A DNA stretch of 64,000 nt from the NCBI GenBank assembly GCA_043800255.1, contig JAZDNF010000010.1, positions 32,001-96,000 of the forward strand. The letters run 5' to 3'. The DNA is from Candidatus Altiarchaeota archaeon (lineage in GTDB: Archaea > Altiarchaeota > Altiarchaeia > IMC4 > SCGC-AAA252-I15). This document shows positions 9,678 through 18,836 of this stretch, piece by piece. The translations under genes were made by a program, and so were the position numbers. Below the pieces are notes generated by a model, which did no database searches, was not told the origin of the DNA, and worked only from the letters and a program-made list of their open reading frames with translations. Every line of letters begins with the position of its first letter. The stretch's first letter is position 1.

Positions 9678-10583
9678 ATGACAGGCACAAAAGTCGTTAA
9701 GATTAACCTTGAGGGCACTGGAGTTCCCGGCAGTCTGCCTGATCTGAGGTTGAGCGGGCCGTCTGCTGAGGAGGTTATCAACGCCTGCGGTGGGATGGAG
9801 GAAATACATACTGCAAAGTATGACAGTATGTTGGAGAAGACTGCGGGATTTGATGTTAATTCACACCAGCTTCAGAGGATAGTGGATGTTGCGTGCGGCA
9901 TGTGCGAGGATGATGACGCCATGAACCGCGTTGGCCTTCTTCTGACGGCGTTGGTGCAGAATTCAAAATCCAACGAGTTCACGATCACGCCTCCGAAACT
10001 GTTGGATCACATAGGGTCCAGGTTGGACGGCGGGAAAAAGATTGTCATAAACGGTGATGCAGGCCATTTTGCAGGAGATGAGATGATTGAGGGGATAGTG
10101 CACATAAAAGGCAATACGTTGAATATGGCAGGTCAAGGTATGGAAGGCGGCAGACTGATTGTGGACGGCAGCACAGGAGACGAATTAGGCGAGTATATGC
10201 TGGGCGGCGAGATACACGTTAAGGGAAATGCTGGGAAGAATACGTGCGAAAAGATGTCCGGCGGTATTATAACCATAGACAGAAATGTAGGAGCCAATGC
10301 CGGCTGGCTGATGAAGGGAGGCAGCATACACGTTAAAGGCGATGCAATAGAGGGTGTTGGCGCGTGCATGGAAGGAGGCTCTATAAAGGTGGGCGGAAAC
10401 ACAGGCGATAATGCCGGCTGGGAAATGGAAGGTGGCACCCTGCACATAAAAGGAAACGCGGGGGATAACGTAGGCCTTAGAATGACTGGCGGTAAAATAA
10501 GAGTCAACGGTAGAATCCGGAGCATAAGCGAGAACTATGCAGGCGGCGAAATCTGGGAGGGCAGAACACAGGTCAAACCATGA
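9678..10583 (+). CDS. Array paralog 14 (301 aa)
   Basis: Leader, VGLLLTALVQNS, Gly coils; 5-nt gap upstream. Confidence 0.9.
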   Translation: MTGTKVVKINLEGTGVPGSLPDLRLSGPSAEEVINACGGMEEIHTAKYDSMLEKTAGFDVNSHQLQRIVDVACGMCEDDDAMNRVGLLLTALVQNSKSNEFTITPPKLLDHIGSRLDGGKKIVINGDAGHFAGDEMIEGIVHIKGNTLNMAGQGMEGGRLIVDGSTGDELGEYMLGGEIHVKGNAGKNTCEKMSGGIITIDRNVGANAGWLMKGGSIHVKGDAIEGVGACMEGGSIKVGGNTGDNAGWEMEGGTLHIKGNAGDNVGLRMTGGKIRVNGRIRSISENYAGGEIWEGRTQVKP

Positions 10584-11257
10584 CAGGCACGAAGATTATC
10601 AAGTTGAGGCTGGATGAGGAGGGTGTTGGGCAGAAGCTTCCGAAACTGAAGGAGGGCACTCTGGAAACCTGCCGGAGAGTGTTCAAGGCGCATGACCCCC
10701 GAATGGGACATCTTGGTTATGATGATATGATAGAGGCGACAAAGGATTTGGACGTCGATTCAGAGCAGCTTGAGAATATCCTCCGGGACTTGCATGTCAA
10801 TCATTCTCAAGACAGAAAATTTGGGGAAATAGCCGGCCTATTGCTGTCTGCGTTGGTTCACAATTCCCGGCAAGATGAGTTCGAAATCGAGACTCCAGTC
10901 CCACTGGATTATGTCGGTCACAGGCTAAGCAAAGGGAAGACTCTCACGATAAAGGGGGATGTGGGAGACAATGCAGGAGATGGGATGGACGGCGGGGTCA
11001 TGAACATAAACGGAAACGCAGGCAGCGCTGTTGGAAACAGCATGTGCGATGGCACAATCAATGTGAGCGGATACTCTGGGAACTACACTGGAAGCAACAT
11101 GCACTCTGGCAGAATAAACGTGAAGAAAGAAACCGGCGGAATGACGGGAGCGTACATGGGCGGAGGAATAATAGCCTGCAAAGGCAAGGTATTAGACTTA
11201 GCCCACACCATCTACGGTGGCGCAATATACAGCAGAGGAAAACAGATATGGCCCTAA
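10580..11257 (+). CDS. Array paralog 15 (225 aa)
   Basis: Leader, AGLLLSALVHNS; sister of adjacent paralog 16. Confidence 0.9.
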   Translation: MTGTKIIKLRLDEEGVGQKLPKLKEGTLETCRRVFKAHDPRMGHLGYDDMIEATKDLDVDSEQLENILRDLHVNHSQDRKFGEIAGLLLSALVHNSRQDEFEIETPVPLDYVGHRLSKGKTLTIKGDVGDNAGDGMDGGVMNINGNAGSAVGNSMCDGTINVSGYSGNYTGSNMHSGRINVKKETGGMTGAYMGGGIIACKGKVLDLAHTIYGGAIYSRGKQIWP

Positions 11258-11937
11258 CGAGGAGGACAAAAGTCGTTAAGCTGAAGCTGGAGGGCGGCGG
11301 AGAGGCTGAGCGTCTGCCGAAGCTCATGGAAGGCGATATGAAAACCTGCCGGAAGGTTTTCGAAGCCTATGACCCACACATGGGGGAAGGAGATTACGGT
11401 GACATGCTGAAGGCTACTAAGGGTTTGAATGTCGACTCAAAGCAACTGGAGAACATCCTCCGCGACTTGCACGCCAATTACTCACAGGACAGGAACTTCG
11501 CTGATGGTGCTGGCCTCCTACTTTCTGCGCTGGTGAACAACTCAGAGCATGATGAGTTCGAAATCGAGACTCCAGTTCCATTGAATTATGTCGGTACAGG
11601 TCTGATTGAGGGTAAGACCCTCAGGATAAAAGGCAACGTTGGGGATCATGCAGGCGACAGTATGCAAGGCGGCACCCTGAACATCAAAGGCAACGCCGGT
11701 CACAGCACAGGCGACGGCATGCACGGTGGGGAAATCAATGTGACAGGGTTTACGAGAACATTTACTGGGAGCAACATGAATCATGGCAGTATAAACATCG
11801 GAGAAAGTGCCGGAGCAATGACCGGAGCGTACATGGGTGGGGGGGTAATAGTCTGCAAAGGCAGTGTGTTCGGATTGGCTCACACAATCTACGGCGGCAG
11901 AATATACGGTCAAGGAAAGCAGGTGTGGCCAGAATGA
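11248..11937 (+). CDS. Array paralog 16 (~229 aa, start uncertain)
   Basis: Usual ATGA junction reads CTAA; nearest in-frame ATG is 11248 (MALTRRTKVVKLKL). Confidence 0.8.
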   Translation: MALTRRTKVVKLKLEGGGEAERLPKLMEGDMKTCRKVFEAYDPHMGEGDYGDMLKATKGLNVDSKQLENILRDLHANYSQDRNFADGAGLLLSALVNNSEHDEFEIETPVPLNYVGTGLIEGKTLRIKGNVGDHAGDSMQGGTLNIKGNAGHSTGDGMHGGEINVTGFTRTFTGSNMNHGSINIGESAGAMTGAYMGGGVIVCKGSVFGLAHTIYGGRIYGQGKQVWPE

Positions 11938-12803
11938 CTGGGACCAAGATTGTTAAGCTTAAGCTGGAAGATGGAGGAGCAGCTGACAGGCTTCCGAAGC
12001 TGAGAACGCATACTGTCGATGCAGCACTTAGTTTGTGGGATAGTATTGAATACAGGTCAACAGATTATTCCAGAGACGTCTATGAGAAGCTGTTAGAGGA
12101 GACCAGAGACTTCAACGTGACAAATGAGGATATTCAGGCTATAGCAGACAGGTTGGAGAAGAATTTCTCAAAAAAAGATGATATCTACTCCCCTCATAAG
12201 GCTGGCATACTGCTGACTGTGATAATGCAGAATTCATCAGAGAATGCGTTCAGGCTTAAGACCAAGACTCCGCTTTCCTATCTCGGCTACAGGCTGTTCG
12301 GCGGCAAGAAGATAACAATTGAAGGCAATGTTGATGAGAATGTTGGGCGTCATATGAGGGACGGCCATATTCATGTGAAAGGAAGTACTGGAATGAATGC
12401 TGGGCATGGGATGAGAAACAGCACAATCAGAATCGATAAATATGGGGGTTACTGGCTTGGGAGGGAGATGGGAGAAGGCGGTGAAATCTACGTCGGCGGC
12501 GATGCATCTCAAAACATTGGTCAAGAGATGACAGGCGGAAAAATCGAAGTAACCGGTAATGTGGACAACTATGCTGGGACTCGCATGGAAGCCGGGCAGA
12601 TTATTATCCACGGGAACGCTCGCCATCATCTGGGAGAGGAAATGCGCGGCGGCAGTATCAATGTCGCAGGAAATACTGGCAAGTATACTGCGGATCGTAT
12701 CACCGGGGGCAGAATCGACATAGGCGGAAAGGTTGAAAGCTTCGGCGACATCTCGGACAGTCGCGGTGAAGTCTACCCCAAAGGCAAAAGGGTGAGACGG
12801 TGA
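11934..12803 (+). CDS. Array paralog 17 (289 aa)
   Basis: MTGTK ATG at 11934; AGILLTVIMQNS; relative of paralog 9. Confidence 0.9.
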   Translation: MTGTKIVKLKLEDGGAADRLPKLRTHTVDAALSLWDSIEYRSTDYSRDVYEKLLEETRDFNVTNEDIQAIADRLEKNFSKKDDIYSPHKAGILLTVIMQNSSENAFRLKTKTPLSYLGYRLFGGKKITIEGNVDENVGRHMRDGHIHVKGSTGMNAGHGMRNSTIRIDKYGGYWLGREMGEGGEIYVGGDASQNIGQEMTGGKIEVTGNVDNYAGTRMEAGQIIIHGNARHHLGEEMRGGSINVAGNTGKYTADRITGGRIDIGGKVESFGDISDSRGEVYPKGKRVRR

Positions 12804-13420
12804 CAGGCACGAAAGTCATAAAGCTGAACCTTGAGGGCCAGGATGGGATTGGCAGGCTGCCTGGCCTGAGGGACAGTGTCGTCCCAGAGGCCATACGATT
12901 GTTCGCCGAGAATTTCAACTTGACGAGCGATACCAGCAGATACTACGGGTGGGCGTTGGAGAACACCAAAAAACTTGATGTGAGCTCGTCGGAGGTTCAG
13001 TCCATACTAGACAGTCTGGAAAAGACATTCGGCGACGACCATACATACAGTTGGTTCATGGGATTGTATATGACGGCGCTGATGAGGAACTCCTCCCGCA
13101 AAAAATTCAGGCTGGCGGCGAAGGTGCCGCTGCACTTTCTGGGTTATCACATGGAGGAGGACAAGGATGTGACGGTGGACGGCGATGTCGGAGACTGGGT
13201 CGGAAGCAACATGGCTGCCGGCAGGATAACCGTGAACGGCCGCGCCGGCGATAGTCTGGGAGCGCTCATGGAAGGCGGCAGCATACACGTCAGAGGAGAC
13301 GCTGGAATGGATGTGGGCCGCGGCGCGAGGTCGGGGACGATAGACGTTGACGGAGTCATTGGGGGAGTCGCCCACGATGTCAGGGGCGCGAAGGTCAGGC
13401 AGAAAGGGAGGAGAGTGTAA
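12800..13420 (+). CDS. Array paralog 18 (206 aa, GTG start)
   Basis: GTGA overlap; leader, MGLYMTALMRNS, Gly coils. Confidence 0.9.
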   Translation: MTGTKVIKLNLEGQDGIGRLPGLRDSVVPEAIRLFAENFNLTSDTSRYYGWALENTKKLDVSSSEVQSILDSLEKTFGDDHTYSWFMGLYMTALMRNSSRKKFRLAAKVPLHFLGYHMEEDKDVTVDGDVGDWVGSNMAAGRITVNGRAGDSLGALMEGGSIHVRGDAGMDVGRGARSGTIDVDGVIGGVAHDVRGAKVRQKGRRV

Positions 13421-13422
13421 CA

Positions 13423-14001
13423 ATGGAGCCGACCAAAGTAGTAAAGCTGAAGTTGGACGGCGGTGGCACGCCAGAGAAGCTCCCAAAGCTGATGGAGCCA
13501 GGCGAGAAGGAGCCGCTTGAGCTCTACAGGATGACAAGATACTCTGGCAAGGACGTTGAAGCTGCGGGCGAATTCTATGACCTCATATGGGCGAAGACCG
13601 AAGGGTGGGAGCTATCCAACGAGAAAATCCAGAAAACCCTGACGCGGCTGGAGAAGGGATGCGGTCATGAGCCTGACTTCAGGCAGAAGGCTGGAGTCTT
13701 CATCTCAGCATTGCTGAACAGGGCGGAAAACAACGACCTCAGATTGGAGTCGAAGATTCCCCTGGACTTCTTGGGATTCAGGTTCGGGAAGACTGTGCTG
13801 GTAGTCTACGGGGACACGGGAGAATACACCGCAGCCCAGGTGGAGCATGCGACCATACAGGTGAACGGCAACGTTGGGAAATATGCGGGCGACGGCATGC
13901 AAAACGGGATGCTGGACGTGAAAGGAAAGTTCGAGGAGCCATGGGGCGGAATATCTGTGGGAGTTACTGTAAAAGAGGGCGGAAGATACTTGAACCCGTG
14001 A
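13423..14001 (+). CDS. Array paralog 19 (192 aa)
   Basis: MEPTKVVKLKL leader, AGVFISALLN, few coils; last gene before the vWA gene. Confidence 0.88.
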   Translation: MEPTKVVKLKLDGGGTPEKLPKLMEPGEKEPLELYRMTRYSGKDVEAAGEFYDLIWAKTEGWELSNEKIQKTLTRLEKGCGHEPDFRQKAGVFISALLNRAENNDLRLESKIPLDFLGFRFGKTVLVVYGDTGEYTAAQVEHATIQVNGNVGKYAGDGMQNGMLDVKGKFEEPWGGISVGVTVKEGGRYLNP

Positions 14002-16218
14002 TCACCTGGCCTCCTGTTCCGTGACCCTTATGACCCTGTCCCTCACCTGGTTACTGTAGAACTTGCTAACGATAGGTATGATCTGGTCGAATTCCTCATC
14101 CGGGATGAACTGCGCGAAAACGTTGGATTTCTCGCTCGCACGGCCGACAACACCCTCATAAGCTGGTATCACACCCTCAGCGCCAGTTCCGAGACCGAGT
14201 ATCAGCGCCAATACTTGGTCGTCTTCCTGCATCTGCTTGAGAAGAGGTTTTAAAGCATTTGGATCGCCGTAACCGTCTGTAAGCACGACCAGGATTTTCA
14301 CGACATCAGGGTCTCTCAAAGTCAGCTTGTTGTATTGGGCCTTCAAGGCTTTCGCATCCTCTGTCCCGCCCGCGCCCTCGTACAGTCTGGCCAGCATCAC
14401 GATTTTGCTCTCCTCTGTTATGGGAGCGTCAAGGTCCTTCGCAGTCCAAAGTTTTGTGGCGAAGCCTGCGGCGCCCAATTTCAGGGGATTCTCGTCAGGC
14501 CTCAAAAGCTGCTCGCCCTCAAGCTGGTTCTTGCCGCCCTCATGGGCTTCGGCCATGATGACCATGAGCTCTCTACACCTTCTAAGCTTCTCGCCGTTCA
14601 TGCTGCCGCTCCCGTCGACGAGGAAGAACAATTCGGACCTGACGAACCTCGGAGTCTTGACCTCCTGCATCATCGTGGGAGGCTCCATCTCGCCGCGCGC
14701 CATCTCTGAAATGTACTCATACTCGAGGCCTGGGCTTATCTCTCCCTCCCTCTGGGTGTAAGACAGTTCGCCCAGCCTGTTCTCGCGCATGACTTCAACG
14801 ACCTGCGATTGTAAGGAGGATATCTCATCCCTCCTCTTCTCCCTGACCCTGAGATACTCGTCCGTTATCACCGTCCTTACGTCATACCTCTCCGACAGGT
14901 CGCGCGACCTCGAGCCCATGTCCCTGAGCCTCTCCTTGGTGGCATCCGTAATCCTGTCATAGAAGTCCTGGTGGTCCATCTCCTCTATCGGCCGGGCACC
15001 TTCTTCACCCTCCTTGGGTTTGCCTCTTTCGGTGAGAGGTGCCATAGCCTCGGCAGCCTTGAGGAGCTCATCGAGAACCTCCTTCGCCATCGCCTTCATC
15101 TCCTCCCGCTCCTGCCTTGTTGGAGGCGCAGCCCTCGACGGGCCTCTAGGTGGAGCCTGGCCTGGCATGCCTTTCCCAGGTTTGCCTTTGCCTGGCTTCC
15201 CCTTGCCTGGCTTGCCTTTGCCTTGTTTGCCCTCGCCTTCTTGGCTTTCTCCCTCCTGCTCTTCTCCTTGTTCGTCTCCCTCCTGCTCATCGCCCTTCTG
15301 TCCCTCCCCCTTCTGGCTCTGTCCTTTACCGTCTTTCTGCTGGTCTCCTTTCTCACCTTTCTGCTTCTCTTCTTCCTTTTGTTTTTTCCTCTCCTCGCTC
15401 CGCTGTTGGACCTCCTTGTCGACCAGCTCGACGAAATAGGGTATTATCTTCTCATAGGATTCGAACTTCCTCTCAAGCTCTCTCTTCCCTGATTCCTTCT
15501 TTTTGAAGAATTTGCCGTACTGGCCGAGGCTTGCGAAGGGTTCTAGGAGGCCGGCATCCGAGACTTTCTTATAAACTTCTGCAACGTCTTCGTCGACGAG
15601 GTCTGTCAGCGGTTTGCTGGAGGGGTTTATGTATTCTCCGGTGACCAGCTGCCCGAACTGGTCAGGCTTTGTAAGATGCTTGTAACTGTAGTCCAGACCC
15701 GGGGGGGCGCCTAAGGCGTTAATGCACGCTGCAACGTCCTTGTACGGGTATCTGCTCATGTAAGTGTCATCCCACACGTCTACGACGCAGTTCTGAAGGT
15801 ATTTGAGGAATACGTTGTCATCATACCATTCAGGCAGCAGCGGCTTGCTGTCTGCGATGTGCTCGTCTATCCTCTCGTGCAAGGCTTTCACTGGCGGTGC
15901 GTGGTGGCCTGCCTCGTGGGCGAAAAGGCCTAAGACCTTCCTTGGCGTGTCCAGGTAATCCGCGATGTCAGGGCCGAAGAGTATAAGTTTCGAGTCAAGC
16001 ATGGTCGCCCAATTGTATTCCCCCTTAACCGGAGTTGGATTTTCAATGAACCTGTAGCCTGTGCTCTCCGTGATCATCTCGAAAAACGGCTTATGCTCCT
16101 GGAGAAACGCCAACATCTTTTTCCTGCGGTCTTCGTTGACCGTTCCCCGCGTAAGCTTGAACGGCTCAGGAAGTGTTGGGTTTTGGGCGTGTCTTATGGG
16201 GGCCTTAGACTTTTGCAT
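14002..16218 (-). CDS. vWA (MIDAS) domain protein with N-terminal HEXXH metallopeptidase-like region; likely MoxR AAA+ partner (738 aa)
   Basis: LFAHEAGHH at aa 98-106; acidic Gly/Lys low-complexity linker; C-terminal FLVDGSGSM (DxSxS), GGT and VVLTDG motifs. Confidence 0.88.
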   Translation of the reverse strand: MQKSKAPIRHAQNPTLPEPFKLTRGTVNEDRRKKMLAFLQEHKPFFEMITESTGYRFIENPTPVKGEYNWATMLDSKLILFGPDIADYLDTPRKVLGLFAHEAGHHAPPVKALHERIDEHIADSKPLLPEWYDDNVFLKYLQNCVVDVWDDTYMSRYPYKDVAACINALGAPPGLDYSYKHLTKPDQFGQLVTGEYINPSSKPLTDLVDEDVAEVYKKVSDAGLLEPFASLGQYGKFFKKKESGKRELERKFESYEKIIPYFVELVDKEVQQRSEERKKQKEEEKQKGEKGDQQKDGKGQSQKGEGQKGDEQEGDEQGEEQEGESQEGEGKQGKGKPGKGKPGKGKPGKGMPGQAPPRGPSRAAPPTRQEREEMKAMAKEVLDELLKAAEAMAPLTERGKPKEGEEGARPIEEMDHQDFYDRITDATKERLRDMGSRSRDLSERYDVRTVITDEYLRVREKRRDEISSLQSQVVEVMRENRLGELSYTQREGEISPGLEYEYISEMARGEMEPPTMMQEVKTPRFVRSELFFLVDGSGSMNGEKLRRCRELMVIMAEAHEGGKNQLEGEQLLRPDENPLKLGAAGFATKLWTAKDLDAPITEESKIVMLARLYEGAGGTEDAKALKAQYNKLTLRDPDVVKILVVLTDGYGDPNALKPLLKQMQEDDQVLALILGLGTGAEGVIPAYEGVVGRASEKSNVFAQFIPDEEFDQIIPIVSKFYSNQVRDRVIRVTEQEAR
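15161..15232 (-). repeat. Degenerate 15-bp coding repeat (GKPGK pentapeptide) in the vWA linker
   Basis: Translates GKQGK-GKPGK-GKPGK-GKPGK-GMP; synonymous positions differ between units. Confidence 0.7.
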
Positions 16219-16271
16219 CGGTTATAATAGAACAACTCTCGTATTTATTCAATACCTTCCCTCTATATACC
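16219..16271. promoter_or_regulatory. 53-bp divergent promoter region
   Basis: AT-rich; central TATTTATT/AATAAATA at 16242-16249 lies 23 nt from the vWA start and 22 nt from the AAA+ start. Confidence 0.6.
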
Positions 16272-18824
16272 ATGGCTTCCACGAAGACCAAGAGAGATAA
16301 TCCCCTGAAACTGGTTACTGGTGGGATCCACTACGGTACGAAGGATGTTGTAGAGGATATCCCCTCCGAAAAACTCGAGAAACTAATGAGGGGTGCTGAA
16401 AGTGGGAACGACAGGGATAAGGCTCAATTACGAAAGCTAAGGGAGGAAAAGTACCGCGAGAGAAAGAAGGCGATGGATGCGGCTCTCCCGCAGGGTGAGG
16501 AGGTCTGGGACGAGCAGACGATGCTCTCGGTCGTTAACGTCAGACGGTACATCAAAGAGGCTGGGCAGGCTAAAAAGAACCTGATCTCCGCAAAAGATGA
16601 CGAAGAGAGGGAGGCTGCAGCACAGGTCTACGCCTACACCCAGAAGAGGCTGGACGACTTCCTGGACCAGTCTCCACAGTTCTATGACAACGAAACCGGC
16701 GATTTCTTGAAAGAGGGCAAGCCCGGCCAGATGAGGCCTGTGTTCGAGAAAATGCACCGGCTCTTCCTGAAAGAGCAGAGGAATTACGACAAATACGTTG
16801 ATAAACAGGACAGGCTCTCCGAGGTCGAGGAGGAGATTGAAAGGCGGGGCGAGCAGAGGGTTGAAATCGTAAAACGCCAGAAGAAAGGCGAACCCGGGAC
16901 ACTGGACAGTAAGAACATGAAGGCTCTCGCAATCACATCCAGACTTGAAGAAAAGGCCGAAGCGGTTGATTCGGCAGAAGTCCTCGGAAACCTGGAGCGC
17001 ATATACTCGAAAGACAGCAGAGAATACAAGGCGCTTAAGGCAAGGCTGGAGTCGAAGGCCAAGGGCGGTGAAGAAGACCTGAAGAAAATGCATCATAAGA
17101 AGCTGGTAGAGCTCAGAGACGGGCTCAGAAAGGAGATAGCTGACCTGGACGAGGACACGATGATCGAGCACTTCAGGACCGAAGACCTGCGGAAAAAGCT
17201 GATAAAGGACCTTGACGCCGGCAATGACGTCCTCCTGATACCCTACACTGTTGAAAAACTGCAGGAGCTCAGGTTCATAGAGAAGAACAATCCGAACACG
17301 ACCATAGGCTGCGTCGCAGTCGGAGAGCCTGGAACAGGCAAGACAACCGCCATCAGACAGCACATCCACGACACGGGGCGGGAGTTCGCCTACATCGACA
17401 TGTCAGGCGACGTCTCAAGGTTCATGCTATATGGCAGTAAATCAGTCTCAGTCGGCGACCCCATAGAACAGTTCACGAGGCTTACGAAGGCTCTGGAGAG
17501 TTTCGACGTCAAGAAGGTGGGAGCCCTCGTGCAGGCAGGCGTTGACGCTGTCGGGCCGAGCTTCCTGGCCCTGATAGACGAGGAGATAGGGAAGGAGGGC
17601 GCATTGAACGTCAAGAACCCCGAGAACGTGAAAAAGCAGCTGCAGGATATCGTCGAGAAACAGTTCAACAGGGAGCTCGCGACTGAAATCTACAAGTACG
17701 GAAAACAGAACGGGTGGCGTTACGGCTTCCTCGTCGACTGCCTGAGGAAAGGAGTCTGCCCTATCATCGACGAATTCAACAAGTCCAAGGACCTGTCACT
17801 ATTGCACAGCCTGATGACTGCAGTGCCGGCTGCGGACGAGGAGGCGGGCCCGGAGCCTGGCAAAGACGCGGACAACATCAAAAAGTCCCACAGAGGATGG
17901 TGGTATTTCGCAGACAACAACGAGTGGATCAGGGTCCCGAAGGACTGGAGGATGTTCTTCACAGGCAACATCGGCGCAAAGCACAAGGTGCACAGCGTCG
18001 TAGGCGCGCTTGGAAGCAGGATGGAAGGGAAGGTGATATTCTTCGACTACCCGCCTGCTGAGCAGGAGTATGAGGTCATGCAGGCCTCCGTGTCAGACAG
18101 CGACGGAGAAGTCAGGAGGAGCAGGAAGGACATGCAGGACCTTATGGTACTTACCGGCGAGGCAGTGCCAAAGATCAGGAAGGGAATCGCCAAGATGGCG
18201 AATGCAATACCGATATCGTTGAGAAGCACGAGGCAGATTGGCGGCCTACTGTTCAACCGCCAGACGCAGACTCCGAAGGACATCGCCTTAGACAAGGCGG
18301 TGAAATGGGTGCTGGTCGACACTTACGCGATCACAGAGGACAAGGAGCCTGCCAAGCTCGTCGTCGCCGAGCTCACGGCATGCGGCATTCTATTGTCTGA
18401 GGGCATCGGCGAGAAGCTGGTCGAGGACGGCCTCCTAAAGGAGGCTGACCTGGAGAGGAAGAGGGAGTCCCACAAGATAGGATACCGGAGCGTCTCAGTC
18501 GACGACTTCAAGGAGCTGGTGGGAGAGGATGGCACGTTCCTCCTCGACGCCCGCGCGACCGGCGACAAGGTCATAAAGGGGACTCAGACGTCCATACCCC
18601 ACGACAAGCTGCAGAAGAAGGGCGCATCGAAGAAGGATAGCGGGCTTCCGGCAGACAAGAACGCCAAGATTGCAGTCTACTGCGACAGCGACGGCGACTC
18701 AGCCCAGGCTGCGAGAGCCCTGGCAGCAGCAGGCTACAAGAGGATATACACCCTCGAGGGCGGCTTCAGCGCATGGGAGGCTAAAGGATACGACGTAGAG
18801 CAAAAACAGCAGAGCACCCCCTAG
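16272..18824 (+). CDS. MoxR/AAA_5-type AAA+ ATPase with charged N-terminal region and C-terminal rhodanese domain (850 aa)
   Basis: Walker A GEPGTGKT, WRYGFLVDCLRKG, Walker B PIIDEFNK, FFTGN, ALGSR, ISLR; C-terminal LLDAR...IAVYCDSDGDS...LEGGFSAW rhodanese signature. Confidence 0.88.
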   Translation: MASTKTKRDNPLKLVTGGIHYGTKDVVEDIPSEKLEKLMRGAESGNDRDKAQLRKLREEKYRERKKAMDAALPQGEEVWDEQTMLSVVNVRRYIKEAGQAKKNLISAKDDEEREAAAQVYAYTQKRLDDFLDQSPQFYDNETGDFLKEGKPGQMRPVFEKMHRLFLKEQRNYDKYVDKQDRLSEVEEEIERRGEQRVEIVKRQKKGEPGTLDSKNMKALAITSRLEEKAEAVDSAEVLGNLERIYSKDSREYKALKARLESKAKGGEEDLKKMHHKKLVELRDGLRKEIADLDEDTMIEHFRTEDLRKKLIKDLDAGNDVLLIPYTVEKLQELRFIEKNNPNTTIGCVAVGEPGTGKTTAIRQHIHDTGREFAYIDMSGDVSRFMLYGSKSVSVGDPIEQFTRLTKALESFDVKKVGALVQAGVDAVGPSFLALIDEEIGKEGALNVKNPENVKKQLQDIVEKQFNRELATEIYKYGKQNGWRYGFLVDCLRKGVCPIIDEFNKSKDLSLLHSLMTAVPAADEEAGPEPGKDADNIKKSHRGWWYFADNNEWIRVPKDWRMFFTGNIGAKHKVHSVVGALGSRMEGKVIFFDYPPAEQEYEVMQASVSDSDGEVRRSRKDMQDLMVLTGEAVPKIRKGIAKMANAIPISLRSTRQIGGLLFNRQTQTPKDIALDKAVKWVLVDTYAITEDKEPAKLVVAELTACGILLSEGIGEKLVEDGLLKEADLERKRESHKIGYRSVSVDDFKELVGEDGTFLLDARATGDKVIKGTQTSIPHDKLQKKGASKKDSGLPADKNAKIAVYCDSDGDSAQAARALAAAGYKRIYTLEGGFSAWEAKGYDVEQKQQSTP

Positions 18825-18836
18825 GTTTTCCTGTTC

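Noticed and set aside
14327-15506. Plus-strand ORFs over the vWA gene, and minus-strand ORF 16437-17369 over the AAA+ gene
   Set aside because: Low-complexity antisense shadows of charged regions in motif-bearing genes.
14002-18824. vWA/AAA+ pair as a mobile element, or as cobaltochelatase CobS/CobT
   Set aside because: No transposase, terminal repeats or target duplication. The motifs support only generic MoxR/vWA membership and there is no cobalamin context.
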